Shown one piece after another: positions 27,077 through 38,242 of a DNA stretch of 64,000 bases. The DNA lies in assembly GCA_951406725.2 (NCBI GenBank), contig OX597822.1, positions 50,282,001 to 50,346,000 of the forward strand, in the 5' to 3' direction. The translations under genes were made by a program, and so were the position numbers. The notes beneath the pieces were generated by a model that was not told where the DNA came from, searched no databases, and saw only the letters and a list, made by a program, of their open reading frames with translations. Numbering within the stretch: the stretch's first letter is position 1; each line of letters begins with the position of its first letter. This stretch comes from Octopus vulgaris. Taxonomy: Eukaryota.

Positions 27077-28184
27077 GAGTGTACATACACACTCATATGC
27101 ATTTCAATTTAAACATTTACTTTTCTATTATAGATCGTTTGTCCTTTTCCTCGATGGATCTGGGGGTGGGGAACCGATGTAGTAGCATCTGCAAACTCAT
27201 ATCAATAGATAAATAAATAAAAACATTTAATATTTCATGCAATGCTACGTTAGCATTTGCATTGGAGTCATATTAGGAAATTATATTCTGCTGATCATGA
27301 TCAGTTTCATTGTTAATATTCGTTTGTAAATATTGCATTAAGACTACAAATTAGAGGGAAAATGTGTATGTTATTAAATTTACTGCAATATATGATAGAT
27401 AATTATTGTTACATGACAGGAAGATCAAAAGCAACAACTCTGGTAAACCATTTTCTTTACTTGTAATACTAAAATTTTACCACATTTCACAGATAAATTT
27501 TCATTTTCAGTTACGTAAACAAATTAATATTACATTTTCATTTGTAGTTTTACTTTGGTGTCTACCTATATTCCATAATGCCACTGTTGCCGCATTTAAT
27601 CGAATAAAATTCCCTCTTATATTACTGAATAATAACGCATTTTCTGTCCTTTCCTTTCAGAAGATAAATATAATAATGGAGTTTCAACGTTATTTCGTCA
27701 TAAGCGTTTCTAGTTCCTGCATTTCCTGAACATAATTTTGCTAAACTAAGCAATTTCAAAAACTAGATATGTTTTTACAAAACGTGCATTTTATAAAAAA
27801 TATGTGTTCTTTTACTAATAGAGCAGCTTTTAAACTCATGTTTTATAAAAATCGCACTTAGCAGAAATTTCCAGTTGAGTGTCTATTTAGTGTTCTGTAT
27901 TCCTCTATTATTTCCTTACTCCTTTTTCGTAATTTTCCCTTATGGCTATTCACATGCCAGAAGCTAAATAATAAAGTCTGCAATGCTGTCACTGCTTGCC
28001 GTGATGAAATATTGCTCCCCGTAATAGATTATTTCATCTAGATGGAATGGATCTATTTGTGTAAATTTGTTCGATTATGCAAGCGAAACAGTAACAGAAT
28101 AACAATTTTAGCTTCGTAACCAATGTTATAGGAAGTACTTCTTTGTTGTCTCAAAATGTTAACGGCCACAGAAATGATAATAAT

Positions 28185-28393
28185 GGTTTCAAATCTTGGC
28201 ACAAGGTCAGCAATTTCGGGGGAGGGAAGTCGATTACAGCGGCGCAATGTTATACTAGTATATATTTCATCGACTCCGAAAGGACGTAGGGCAAAACTGG
28301 CCATAAAAGAATTTGAAGTCAGAACGTAAAAACGGACGTAATGCTGCTAAGCATCTTGACCGGCGTGCTAAGAATTTTGCCGTGTCACCGCAT

Positions 28394-28431
<38 letters not shown>

Positions 28432-29090
28432 GTACTACTACTAATAATAATAATAATGATAATCATTTCTATTTTATACCTGTGGCCTGTATTTAAGGGG
28501 AGGTTGTAAGTCGATTACATCGACCTCAGTGTTTCACCGGTACTTAATTTATCGACCCCGAAAGGATGAAAGGCAAAGTCGACCCCGTGGACATGTGAAC
28601 TCAGAACCTGAAGACAGACGAAACACCGCTAAAGAGTTTCCCCCAGTATGCTAACTATTCTGTCAGCTCGCCGACTTAATATTATAATAATAATCCTTTC
28701 CGGTTGAGGCACACGGCCTCAAAGTTGGGGAGAAGGGCATTAAGTTGATTACATCGACTCCAGTGCGTAATTGGTACTAATTTTATCGCCTCCAAAAGGA
28801 TGAAAGGCAGTTAAATTTGGTGGAATTTAAAATTAGAACGTAATGGCAGACGAAATACCTATTTCTTTACTACCCACAAGGAGCTAAACGCAGAGAAGAC
28901 AAACAAAGACATACAGACGGATTAAGTCGATTATATCGACCCCAATACGTAACTGGTACTTATTTAATCGACACCGAAAGGATGTAAGGCTAAGTCAACC
29001 TCTGCGGAAATAGAAGTTCGAACGTAACGGCAGACGAAATATCGCTAAGCTTTTTGCCTGGAGTAATAAAAATTCTGCCAGCTCGCTTAT
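28185..29090 (-). mobile_element. Head-to-tail cluster of about 4 SINE family B copies separated by (ACT)n/(AAT)n
   Basis: Recurrent gtcgattacatcgac..gaaaggatgaaaggc..agaacgtaa..agacgaaat units at about 28190, 28470, 28700 and 28860. Confidence 0.85.
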
Positions 29091-29094
29091 TTAA

Positions 29095-30125
29095 TAGGCT
29101 TTGTAGGGGAATAGGAGTCCCTGCTCTGTTCCTCTCGTCGGATGTGGGTTTTCCCCAGCAGTTCCTTGTAAAGTCGGATGTTGTGTTCTTTTTAAAAGTC
29201 CCCTGCAAGCTGGTGATATCTAGATTTCAAAATTTTGTAGTCACTTTGAGTAGCTTTCAATACTGGACGTAATTTGGATTCATTAATATCCATCTGTTTG
29301 TGGATGTGTTCTATTCGTTATTGTTTGTGCTTATAGCCGTGATATTTATAATGTCTGTTTTATCATCATTTGGGGAATGCAATCCATCTGTTGTGTATGT
29401 AGGCTATGTTGTGTTTGTGATCGGTGTAGAGGTTGGGGTGGTAGTATTTTTTCGGTTGACTCTAGCAGGTTTAGTGTGGTCTTTCTTTCTTCACGTCTTA
29501 TAATCCACTCAGCTTCATTTAAATGTTCTTCTTTATCGTTTAACGACATAATTTCACACATTTTTGTAACTCTTTCGAAGGAAACTTTATTTCTGTTTGA
29601 ATCTTTTCTTTCTTTGTTCGAAATTTTACTGATTTGTGTGGTAGTCGTAGTGGTGGTGGTGTTGGTGATATTTTCCTTACACAATTGGCTGCTGCCAGTT
29701 ATATTTCGTGCTTCCTTGTTTGAATTCTCATTACTCCTGACACTACCACTGTGGTTGTTGTTTTTGTCATTGCTATTGCTACTCCCCCTGCTACTATCAC
29801 TATCATTTACATATAGAATGAGTGGGATGAGTGACTGTGAAAAACAATTTCACGTTCTACATGTCCTCCCAGTTCCCTCACTTGTTGACTCGCTGGCAAA
29901 GACGACGACGCCATATTAAATTTTCCAAAGTTTAAAAAAAAAAATTTTCTTTTCGATTGATTTTTGCCCCGCAGGGCAAAAAAAATAACACTGTTAATCA
30001 GCCCAATATGGTCTAGATTAACTTAGTCACAAATTATAACAATAGAATGTAATAATAACAATATTTTTATAGGTAAACAGGGCACACACTTAGGGACCTC
30101 CGGAATGCACGTCAAGATCTGGCGA
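29095..30125 (-). mobile_element. 5' portion (UTR plus low-complexity ORF1-like region) of an L1/Tx1-like element
   Basis: Paralogous to 31320-32070 (shared ttt.cc.cagggcaa.aaaa, aaacag.gcacaca..agat.tggc and acaatttc.c.ttcta). T/N-rich minus-strand reading. Confidence 0.5.
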
Positions 30126-30149
30126 CAACAACAACAACAATAATAATAA

Positions 30150-32070
30150 TTATAATACTTTGTTTATTAGTCACAGGGGCCCACACTAAAACAAAAATGA
30201 AAAGGACATTACACATTCTGAGTGAGATTGGCCACCCTGCTTGTCACCTCTTTCCACTTCTTGTCCACGTGGAGATCTGGGCCAAATGAAACCCCGGGCA
30301 ATTTTACCGATCCTTCGGTTTAGTGACACTGCAGGTCCACTGACCTTTCCAGGTTAATCTTTGCTCCTGTCATCGATTATTATTCCTTTAGTGTAGTGCC
30401 AATCCCCACCCCGATTTCCGAAACTTCCGACACTACTACAGTAATACCGTCCTCATATGCTGACACGAATCTTCTACAACCTAGTTTACGCAGAATGCAG
30501 AATGCCTCTGGGAACATCCAGCTTCTACGATAATGGCTCGAGAGCCACAACGTACAGAAAGGCATCCTTGATGTACCGAACGCGCGATGCTAAAGGATTC
30601 CGAAAGGTGATTATTTTTAAGTGCTGTGGTATGTTACTGTTGAATCTTACTGTAACGGAAGTGCTCTGGTTAATGTGTTTGTAATGTTGAAAGTCTTGCA
30701 TTAGTTTTGTTTTCTGTATTTATTGTAGTCAAGTATATAATTCTGGTTTTTATTTGTTTGACGGGATGTAGATTAACTGTTGTGTGTGTAATTTATATAG
30801 TGTCACTAATGGGTGCAGAGGTAGTGATAGTGATGTTGTTTTTGTTGGCTGTGTCAGTGGTACTGTTGTTAGTAGTGTTGTGTTGTTGTTGCTGCTATTG
30901 CCGTCCATCTCCATGGCTTAAACCTGCTAGTCTTCTCTCTTCCAGCGGGTGCGTTTTTTTCGTTTTCTTCTTTTCTTTGCTTTATCAACTATTTCCCAGT
31001 TCTCTTCATCTCCATCCCCTTCATTTCGCGGTCCCAAAAGGGGAGGTGGATGTCCTGTGGAGGTTTTTGATTCTTTGTTAAAATTGTTGCCGTAGCTGTT
31101 GTTGTGGGGTTTCCTGACGTTGCTCTCTGCGATGCAGTTGCTCTCGATGCTGGTGTGTGTTCTGTTGTACTATCTACTGTAACTACCTCTCTAGATGCTG
31201 CCATCGTTGTTGTTGCTACTGCTGCTGCTGCTGTTGCTGCTGTAGGGGCTGAAGTGGTTCTTTTGGTTACTGTTGTCTCCAATTGCATCTGTTGGTACTG
31301 TTGTTGCTATTTCTGCTGATTCTGTCATCGTTGAAGTGGCTGCTGTTGTTCTGGTTGTAGTGCTGATGGTAGTGTAACTTTTCTTCTCGTTTTATAATCC
31401 TTTCAGCTTCCTTTAAATAATCTTTTTTATCATTTAATGAAATCCATCCAAATTGCTGGTAACTTTTGCTGAGGAAAAGTTATTTCTAGTATTCCTATTG
31501 CAATCTGATGCGTCACTTTGGTTGCTAGAATTTTTACTTATTTCTGTGTTTATGGTGATGATGGTAGTGCCAGTTTTGGCATCTTCTTTGCTTCTTCTAC
31601 TTATTTTTCATGTTTCATTGTTCGAAATATCGCTGCTCCTGTCACTTCTGCTTCTTCAGTTGTTGTTGATGTTGTTATCGTACTCGCTGTTGTTGTTGAT
31701 GTTGCCACTGCTGCTGCTGCTGTTGTTGTTGCCGCTGTTATTATTGTTATTATTCATACTGCTCCTAACACTTAAGTTTGCGTTTAGAGAATTCTGGGAA
31801 GTGAGTGACGGCGAAAGACAATTTCGCATTCTAAATCTCCCTTTTTCTTCTCTTGTTTGCTCGGTGATGAAGTGACGACGCAGTGTTGAACTTTTGAAAA
31901 GTCCGAAAAGAAACACATTTTTCTTTTCAAGTAATTTTTCTCCTCAGGGCAAGAAAATTAAACTGTTAAACATATCAATATTGTCTAGTAACAACAAAAA
32001 ACAAACAACTTTTGTTAGGAAAACAGAGCACACAATTAACGGAGCTTCAAAAACAAGTCCAGATATGGCT
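30150..32070 (-). mobile_element. Internally deleted L1/Tx1-like element
   Basis: RT fragment LYVVALEPL..VSAYEDGITV (cf. YADD) at 30380-30560. The 3' end has AATAAA and an (ATT)n tail at about 30150-30200. Low-complexity ORF1-like region upstream. Confidence 0.65.
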
Positions 32071-32553
32071 ATAATAATAATACTAATAATAATAGTAATA
32101 ATAATAATAATGATAATAATAACGATAATATGTTTCCTATATTAGCACAGGCCGCTTCCTCTCGGAGATTACACATTATATCTCGCACGGTTGTATCCAT
32201 GTTAAATCTTTAATCTTGTCATTCTTGTAACCCTCTACCATTGTGACATTCAACTTTTCTCCATCCCATTTCAAATATGATGCTCTTGAAGAACACCAGT
32301 TTTCGGTGTAGTGACAAGGTAGCAGGCACAGAAGGGGTGCAAGAGGATTCCGTCGACGGACTGAGAAAGTTAAACGGGTCGGTTATCAGATCATTTAAAT
32401 CGACTTACGACCAGATGCAACTGTGTATTTCAAGGGAATCGCCAGTTCAATACAAGACTGAAATCGTCTGCCTTCATAAGAATCATCCACAAATGATAGA
32501 CCACCATATAAAAATCTCTGGCTTGAGCCGAAGTGATCGGAGTATCACAAAAG

Positions 32554-32603
<50 letters not shown>

Positions 32604-32609
<6 letters not shown>

Positions 32610-33178
32610 TTATAATTACGCGTATAATTATAATTAGGGTTCAGCAAAGATTTGTTTTACCACATACCGAAGTATAGAAATAGCAGCCAAACAACCTTAG
32701 CTAGTTCTTCTACTATAAGAAGAGACTCCCGGACAAACAAAATACTCGAAATAACCCACGCAGACAGAGAGGAAAAATAACGAAATTCACTCGGTTTCGG
32801 TACTGGACGTTGAATATGATCTGTCCGATACTGTTTTGAATTGGATAGGTATGTTCAATTTTTCCAGTGCTCCAAAATTTAATATTGTGGAATCCTGTGC
32901 TGAAGAGGAAAATCTTTGGGTGAAATATGATTTTTACATTCTTCATACCGATCTAATTCCGAAACGCGTCCACAGGTAATCAAATACCGAGTGAATTTCG
33001 TTATTTTTCCTCTCTGTCTGCGTGGGTTATTTTGAATATTTTGTTTTGTCGGGTAGTCTCTTTTTATAGTAGAAGAAATAGGTAAGGTTCTTTGGCTGCT
33101 ATTTCTAAACTTCGGTATGTGGTAAAGCAAACCCTTGCTGAACTCTAATTATAATTGTTCTCGTAATTATAAAATATT
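32604..33178 (+). mobile_element. Inverted-repeat HHR element, family H1 (PLE pLTR-like)
   Basis: Inverted arms of about 200 bp (32604-32809 and about 32967-33178) flank a spacer with a canonical hammerhead. Abuts (TA)n. Confidence 0.85.
32894..32976 (+). ncRNA. Type I hammerhead ribozyme, canonical core
   Basis: Stem I CCTGTG/CACAGG; CTGAAGA; stem II GGAA/TTCC with a 46-nt loop; GAAA; palindromic ACGCGT stem III; GTC cleavage after 32970. Confidence 0.9.
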
Positions 33179-33489
33179 GTTTAAGTTTACCAAAAAATGG
33201 TCCTTTTAAGAAAGGGATAAATAAAATAATTACTAAAACCATCATGAAATCTGATCAACTAGGCAGAAAAATTCATATGGAAAATATACTTTGTTTAGCA
33301 CGCTAACTAACTATACTATATAGCTTTTATTATATTGTAATATATGTAATGTACATTAATTTCCAAACTAAAAATATTGAAATTAAGTTTCCATCAAAAT
33401 CAGTTCAAGCACAAGACCTATGAAGTCTTACTTTCGAAAATATTTAAAAGTACAGGTTACACTATGTACGCATGATGCCCCGAGGTCTT

Positions 33490-34640
33490 CAGTCGAGCCT
33501 TTGACCGCCCCAAATACAGAGAACACTTATGGGGGTATCCCACATTTTAAATATCTCCATGCATTCTCTGCCAAATACGCTTCATGATTTTTTCCAACAC
33601 ATAAATATTTCCCCGTTTCGTTTTACCTCGAAAAGTTACATTGCAAATGCATTCACCGATAAAATACAATTTCCTCCAAGTAACACTACATGCTGTTTTA
33701 TTTGATCTAAATAATTTCGGCTGGTTTTACCAGGAAACAATCTCTGCATTGGATTTCTTCTATGTCATATCTTACTTTTAATATCATGTCGCAATGTTCT
33801 GAAGTTTCTGTAGTGTTCTATCGCAGTTCATTTACAGCTTTGTAAGATTTCGTTCTGATTTCTGCATCCTTTTTAGCAGTAAGTCCCTGTGCAAAACTCA
33901 GGCATTTAAACGAATCTGGAGTTAGTTTATCCAGTTTAAAACTCTCGCATTCCCTGTTCACTCTACCTGCATACGTAGTAATATTCTTCGTCATCACTTT
34001 TCTCAATGTTCAAACACTTCCAACGAGTGTTGAACAGTGAGGTTTTTTCACTGAACATCTTATATAAAATGTCAATTCTGCCCATAAAACTTGTCAGAAG
34101 ATTTTATAGACTGTATTAAGTTACTGGACTTTTCCTGCTCAGTTGCTGCCAGCTCCCTCAAAATTAGACGTGTTTTCATTTCAGTAATATGCCTTGAAGG
34201 TGACTCCTTCTTCCGAGTCATATTTAAATTGATTTATTGAATTTGCTACATGGTCTGGCGAAAACATATTTTCCAGGTTGGTTATCAACTTCATAAGTTC
34301 ATAACTTCATTTGTTGTAACATTTGTTGTTGCTTTTGGTCTTTGAGTTGTCGTTGTTGCTGTTTTTGCAACTCGAATAAACCCGCCAACATGTTCACCAT
34401 AATTTTTGGTATAATACGTACTACAAAGCGTTTGTTACTCCTCTGTCGAGATGTTAATTTCTCAACGCCTAATATTTCTTTTTTAATTGCTCCGCGTGAA
34501 TGTTTTTTGAACGCTTATTTTCTCGTCACCACTGCTATGTTGTGGTGCTTTCCACAGTTAGAATGTGTGGCGACTGTTGTTACTGTAGCTGTTGTATCTA
34601 CCCTAGCAGCCACGATATTTTCTTGGTATCGTATACAACG
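33490..34640 (-). mobile_element. Ty3/Gypsy LTR retrotransposon remnant: LTR end, PBS and gag
   Basis: FSEKTSLFNTRWKCLN..TTYAGRVNRECESFKL..FKCLSFAQGL..DAEIRTK. PBS-like TGGTGACGAG at 34530-34521 follows the LTR end. Confidence 0.75.
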
Positions 34641-34644
34641 TGCA

Positions 34645-35905
34645 TCTAGGGTAAGGGTGGAAAGAATAACTCCGGAGGTGGACGTAAACTGGATAATAGC
34701 GGCAATTTTAATGGACTTCAAGGAAAGGATTACAATCCTACAGACGACAAAGATACCAACGAAGAATTGACTAGTGCAGACATTGGAAATAATAATAATC
34801 CAGGCTACCTTAGAGGACATGGAAAAAATGGTCAACTCCATAACGGAGGGAGGCGAGGTGAGGTTTAGGGTTTTGATGGAAGGTAGAAGGCCGAGGTGCT
34901 ACAACTGTGGACAGTTGGGGCACATAAAGGCCAAGTGATTTCCTCTCCACCTCGTAGAAGGACCAAAAGTAGCTCCAGTAGAGACCGCGTCCCCGACAGT
35001 CGTAACATCAACTTAGAAGGATGGAAAACAAAAACGAGGTGTACAAACAAAAGAATCAACACAATGGACAAATATTGGCAAGAAGAAGAGGAAAATAAGA
35101 AAACAGCAAACCAGTGAGGAAGAACTCTAACCTAATCCAGTACTTCTCCTCCCGCTCCGCCCAACCCTCTCTTTACCCCTCCAGATAGGAACGCAAATAA
35201 TGCAAGCAAACACACAAATGCCACAAAATCCCAACCCATCACCCAGGGAAACGTACCTTACCGTTTATACAACATTGTAAATGCCTCAGTGAGAAAAGAA
35301 TTTGAGATGGTGAACTCTGATATAGAAGTGGGCACAAAAGATTGTGAAGGGTTACGCCAAAGTGTATGGTGTTCCGTCATGTTGAAAGGGAATTATCATA
35401 AGTTAAAAGAAAAGTAGAGGAGAGATGTCTACTACACGGGAAGAGATGTCGACCTGAACACGTTACAGCCTAATGTATGTTTGAGTGAAGTTTACTCAGG
35501 GACAATAGGAATGAACGGTAATTGAAACTTTAAAATGTTTGCCTCAGTTTTGAACAGTGATTAACAGAGTAATGTTTTAACGGCTTAAGTGATGTTTTAT
35601 AATTGTATCCCCCCAAAAAGGGGAAAAAAGAGTATGTAATTGCGTATAACAGGATCCAACATAGAACTGTATTATCATAGTATTTTGTGTAGATGAGGTT
35701 TTAGAAGGAAAAAAGAAAAGAAGAAGCAATTTAATGCGTTGTAAAAAAAACATCAATGAAACTAATCAGTCATGGGGTCGAGTAGCGTTCATCTTTTTCA
35801 TTTTTCAGTTCCATATTTTTCATTCGTTTTCTCTTTGCCTTTCCCACTTTGTCTCTCCTTTTTTGTCCCTTCTATGTCAGGCCCTGTGTGGCCACATAAA
35901 GAAAT
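34645..35905 (+). mobile_element. L1/Tx1-like ORF1 (CCHC knuckle) element running into a 3' tail without a recognisable ORF2
   Basis: RVRVERITPEVDVNWIIAAI..VLMEGRRPRCYNCGQLGHIKAK*. 3' end tgtcccttctatgtcaggccctgtgtggccacataaagaaat. Confidence 0.65.
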
Positions 35906-36180
35906 TGAGTCGTGTATCAGTCATTGTACGGGTCTCAATTAGAGTTAAGAGTCAGTTGCATGTTATATTCCAGCTCGGGTCAGAATCAAGGTAGTTTAAA
36001 TTTGGTGTCTTGCTGAGCTATCAGCGATAGCATGATAGACGAAGCGGTTTATTACCATTCCGGTATAGAATATATATGCAGTATCCAATACCAAAAAAAA
36101 TCATTGCTACCAGAGTAGATACAACAGCTACAGTCACAGCAGTGGTCACACATTATAACTGTAGAAAACAACATATCATA
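35906..36180 (+). mobile_element. Probable solo/partial LTR of the Gypsy family at 33490-34640
   Basis: 36075-36180 is a diverged reverse complement of 34535-34645 and ends ..aacatatCA. Left boundary is uncertain. Confidence 0.45.
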
Positions 36181-37782
36181 TCAAATAATAATAATAATAA
36201 TGATGAATATGATGATGATGTTTTCGTATATTAGCACAGACTTCTTCCTCTCGGACATTACACATTATATTTCTTTGCAATCAATAGCTAACTGGTACCA
36301 GATGAAACAGGATGTAAATGAGGCTACAAACTAAAAGTCACCGCCTCTAAATATCTGTGCTTTAACAGGTATTAGTATTAATTGTAGTATTAGTTATCGT
36401 ATGAACAGAAGTAGTAAAAAACGGCAGTTTTAAATGTAGATATGATATTGAGAAAATCAGAACAGCAAAAAGAATAAAAATTTTGGTGTCAACGACACCG
36501 ATGATATTTGTGTAATTTTTTTCTTTCGATGATATTGATAATGTTGATGATGATCAGCAGGACGATGTTGATGATTACGATGGTGATGAAAATGATTAAT
36601 GTTGATCTTCATGTTTTAATAAATAAAAACCAAAATTAGAATAAAAATATACAACACAACACAAATATTTTCGAATTTTTTTTTTTCTGACGTTGAAGTC
36701 TGAATATATCACATTATTTGTATGTCATTTGTATGTCAGACTTTTTTTTTCATATCTTTCGATTCTACACAGAGGTTAGATTCAAATGCAAATATTAAAA
36801 TATCGATTGATTATAATTCTTATCAATATTATGTTCTTCCAAGTGTCCTTCAATATATTGTTTCTTTGCACGACTTTCATTTGAATATTCTTTGACTTAC
36901 TTCACTTTCATTCTGTATGACTCGAAGATCAATATGTTTTCATTTGGATTCAAATAATCAGACACCAAGCAGAAAAAATAACACAAACACACACATTCTC
37001 ACACACATTCTCTCTCAATCTCTTTCTTTCTCTTAAAAAATGTAAAAAACATTTAGATATATAAGTATTAGCTATTTGTCATCGATCTATCATTGATAAT
37101 TTGTTTTAAAATTTTGAAATATTCCATAGCTTTGGGGTAAAGTATCCAATAGTAGAGAATCTAATAACATATGTTCAAGACATTTTATGTCTGATTTATT
37201 TACTTTTACTCAGCTTTCTGAAATTGCTTCAATACTGTGAACTTCAATAAATCGTAGTAAAATAGTGGAAATATACAGCCAAAGGCTTTAAAAAAATGGT
37301 GGCTAATAAAATTGGATTCCACACCGTGATATTCAAATTAATCTTTAAAGAGTAACAAAAAATATTAAAGCGAACTACAAAATGTTTCGCGATATCTATT
37401 TCAAGTGTTTATTGAAATCATATTCGAGGACAACCATGCATTTCATCTTTGCCATGTCATTAGCATTCCCAAATGGAAACGTTAAAGTTGCTTTAATCAA
37501 CTATATACTTTCTTCAATCATTTTTATTGAGTCTGTATTTTAAATATTTACTAATCCTTTGCGTGTAATCATTGCAGCGTAGTTAATTCCTATACAAATC
37601 TAATATAGTTACCATCACATAATCATCATAAAAGTTGGCTCTTAAGGGGCATCATTTTAGAGCGTTGAAAAGAATGACTTAAAGTATTCCTTTGGTTCCT
37701 ATTAGATAAGTTTACACATCTAGCAATAATCGACTCTGAGACTTTAGATTTTAATTTTTCTCGTTCATATATAAAGCTCCAT

Positions 37783-38017
37783 AAGGCGGCGAGCTGGCAG
37801 CAACGTTAGCACGCCGGGCGAAATGCGTAGCCGTATTTCGTCTGTCGTTACGTTCCGAGTTCAAATTCCGCCGAGGTCGACTTTGCCTTTCATCCTTTCG
37901 GGGTCGATAAATTAAGAGCCAGTTACGCACTGGGGTCGATGTAATCGACTTATTCCCTTTGTCTGTCCGCGTTTTTGCCCTCTGTGTTTAGCCCCTTGTG
38001 TGTAGTAAAGAAATATG
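37783..38017 (+). mobile_element. tRNA-derived SINE family B, young full-length copy with a 13-bp TSD
   Basis: Head ggcggcgagctggcag..ttagc, B box GTTCAAATTCC, central gactttgcctttcatcctttcggggtcgataaa. TSD tataaagctccat at 37770-37782 and 38018-38030. Confidence 0.95.
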
Positions 38018-38242
38018 TATAAAGCTCCATTGTCAGTGTTTTACACAACTAAAGCACAATCCACAATTAGTTATCCTTCAATTACAAAATTATCGTTCAT
38101 GTTGCTTTAATCGACTATAGACTGTATCAATTTACATTTGATTTAACTATAGCGCTATGCCGTAGCTTCTTTTACATGATAATGCTGCTAAATTTGATGA
38201 AAGTGAACAGTCTACATGAATATTGTGGAATAAATAAAGTCT

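Noticed and set aside
28185-29090. Regularly recurring motif resembling a CRISPR or satellite array
   Set aside because: The units are diverged SINE copies of about 200 bp in eukaryotic DNA, with no repeat-spacer structure.
36840-37500. Possible minus-strand exon (GTAAGT donor near 36900) or pseudogene
   Set aside because: Frames are stop-ridden and no recognisable protein emerges.
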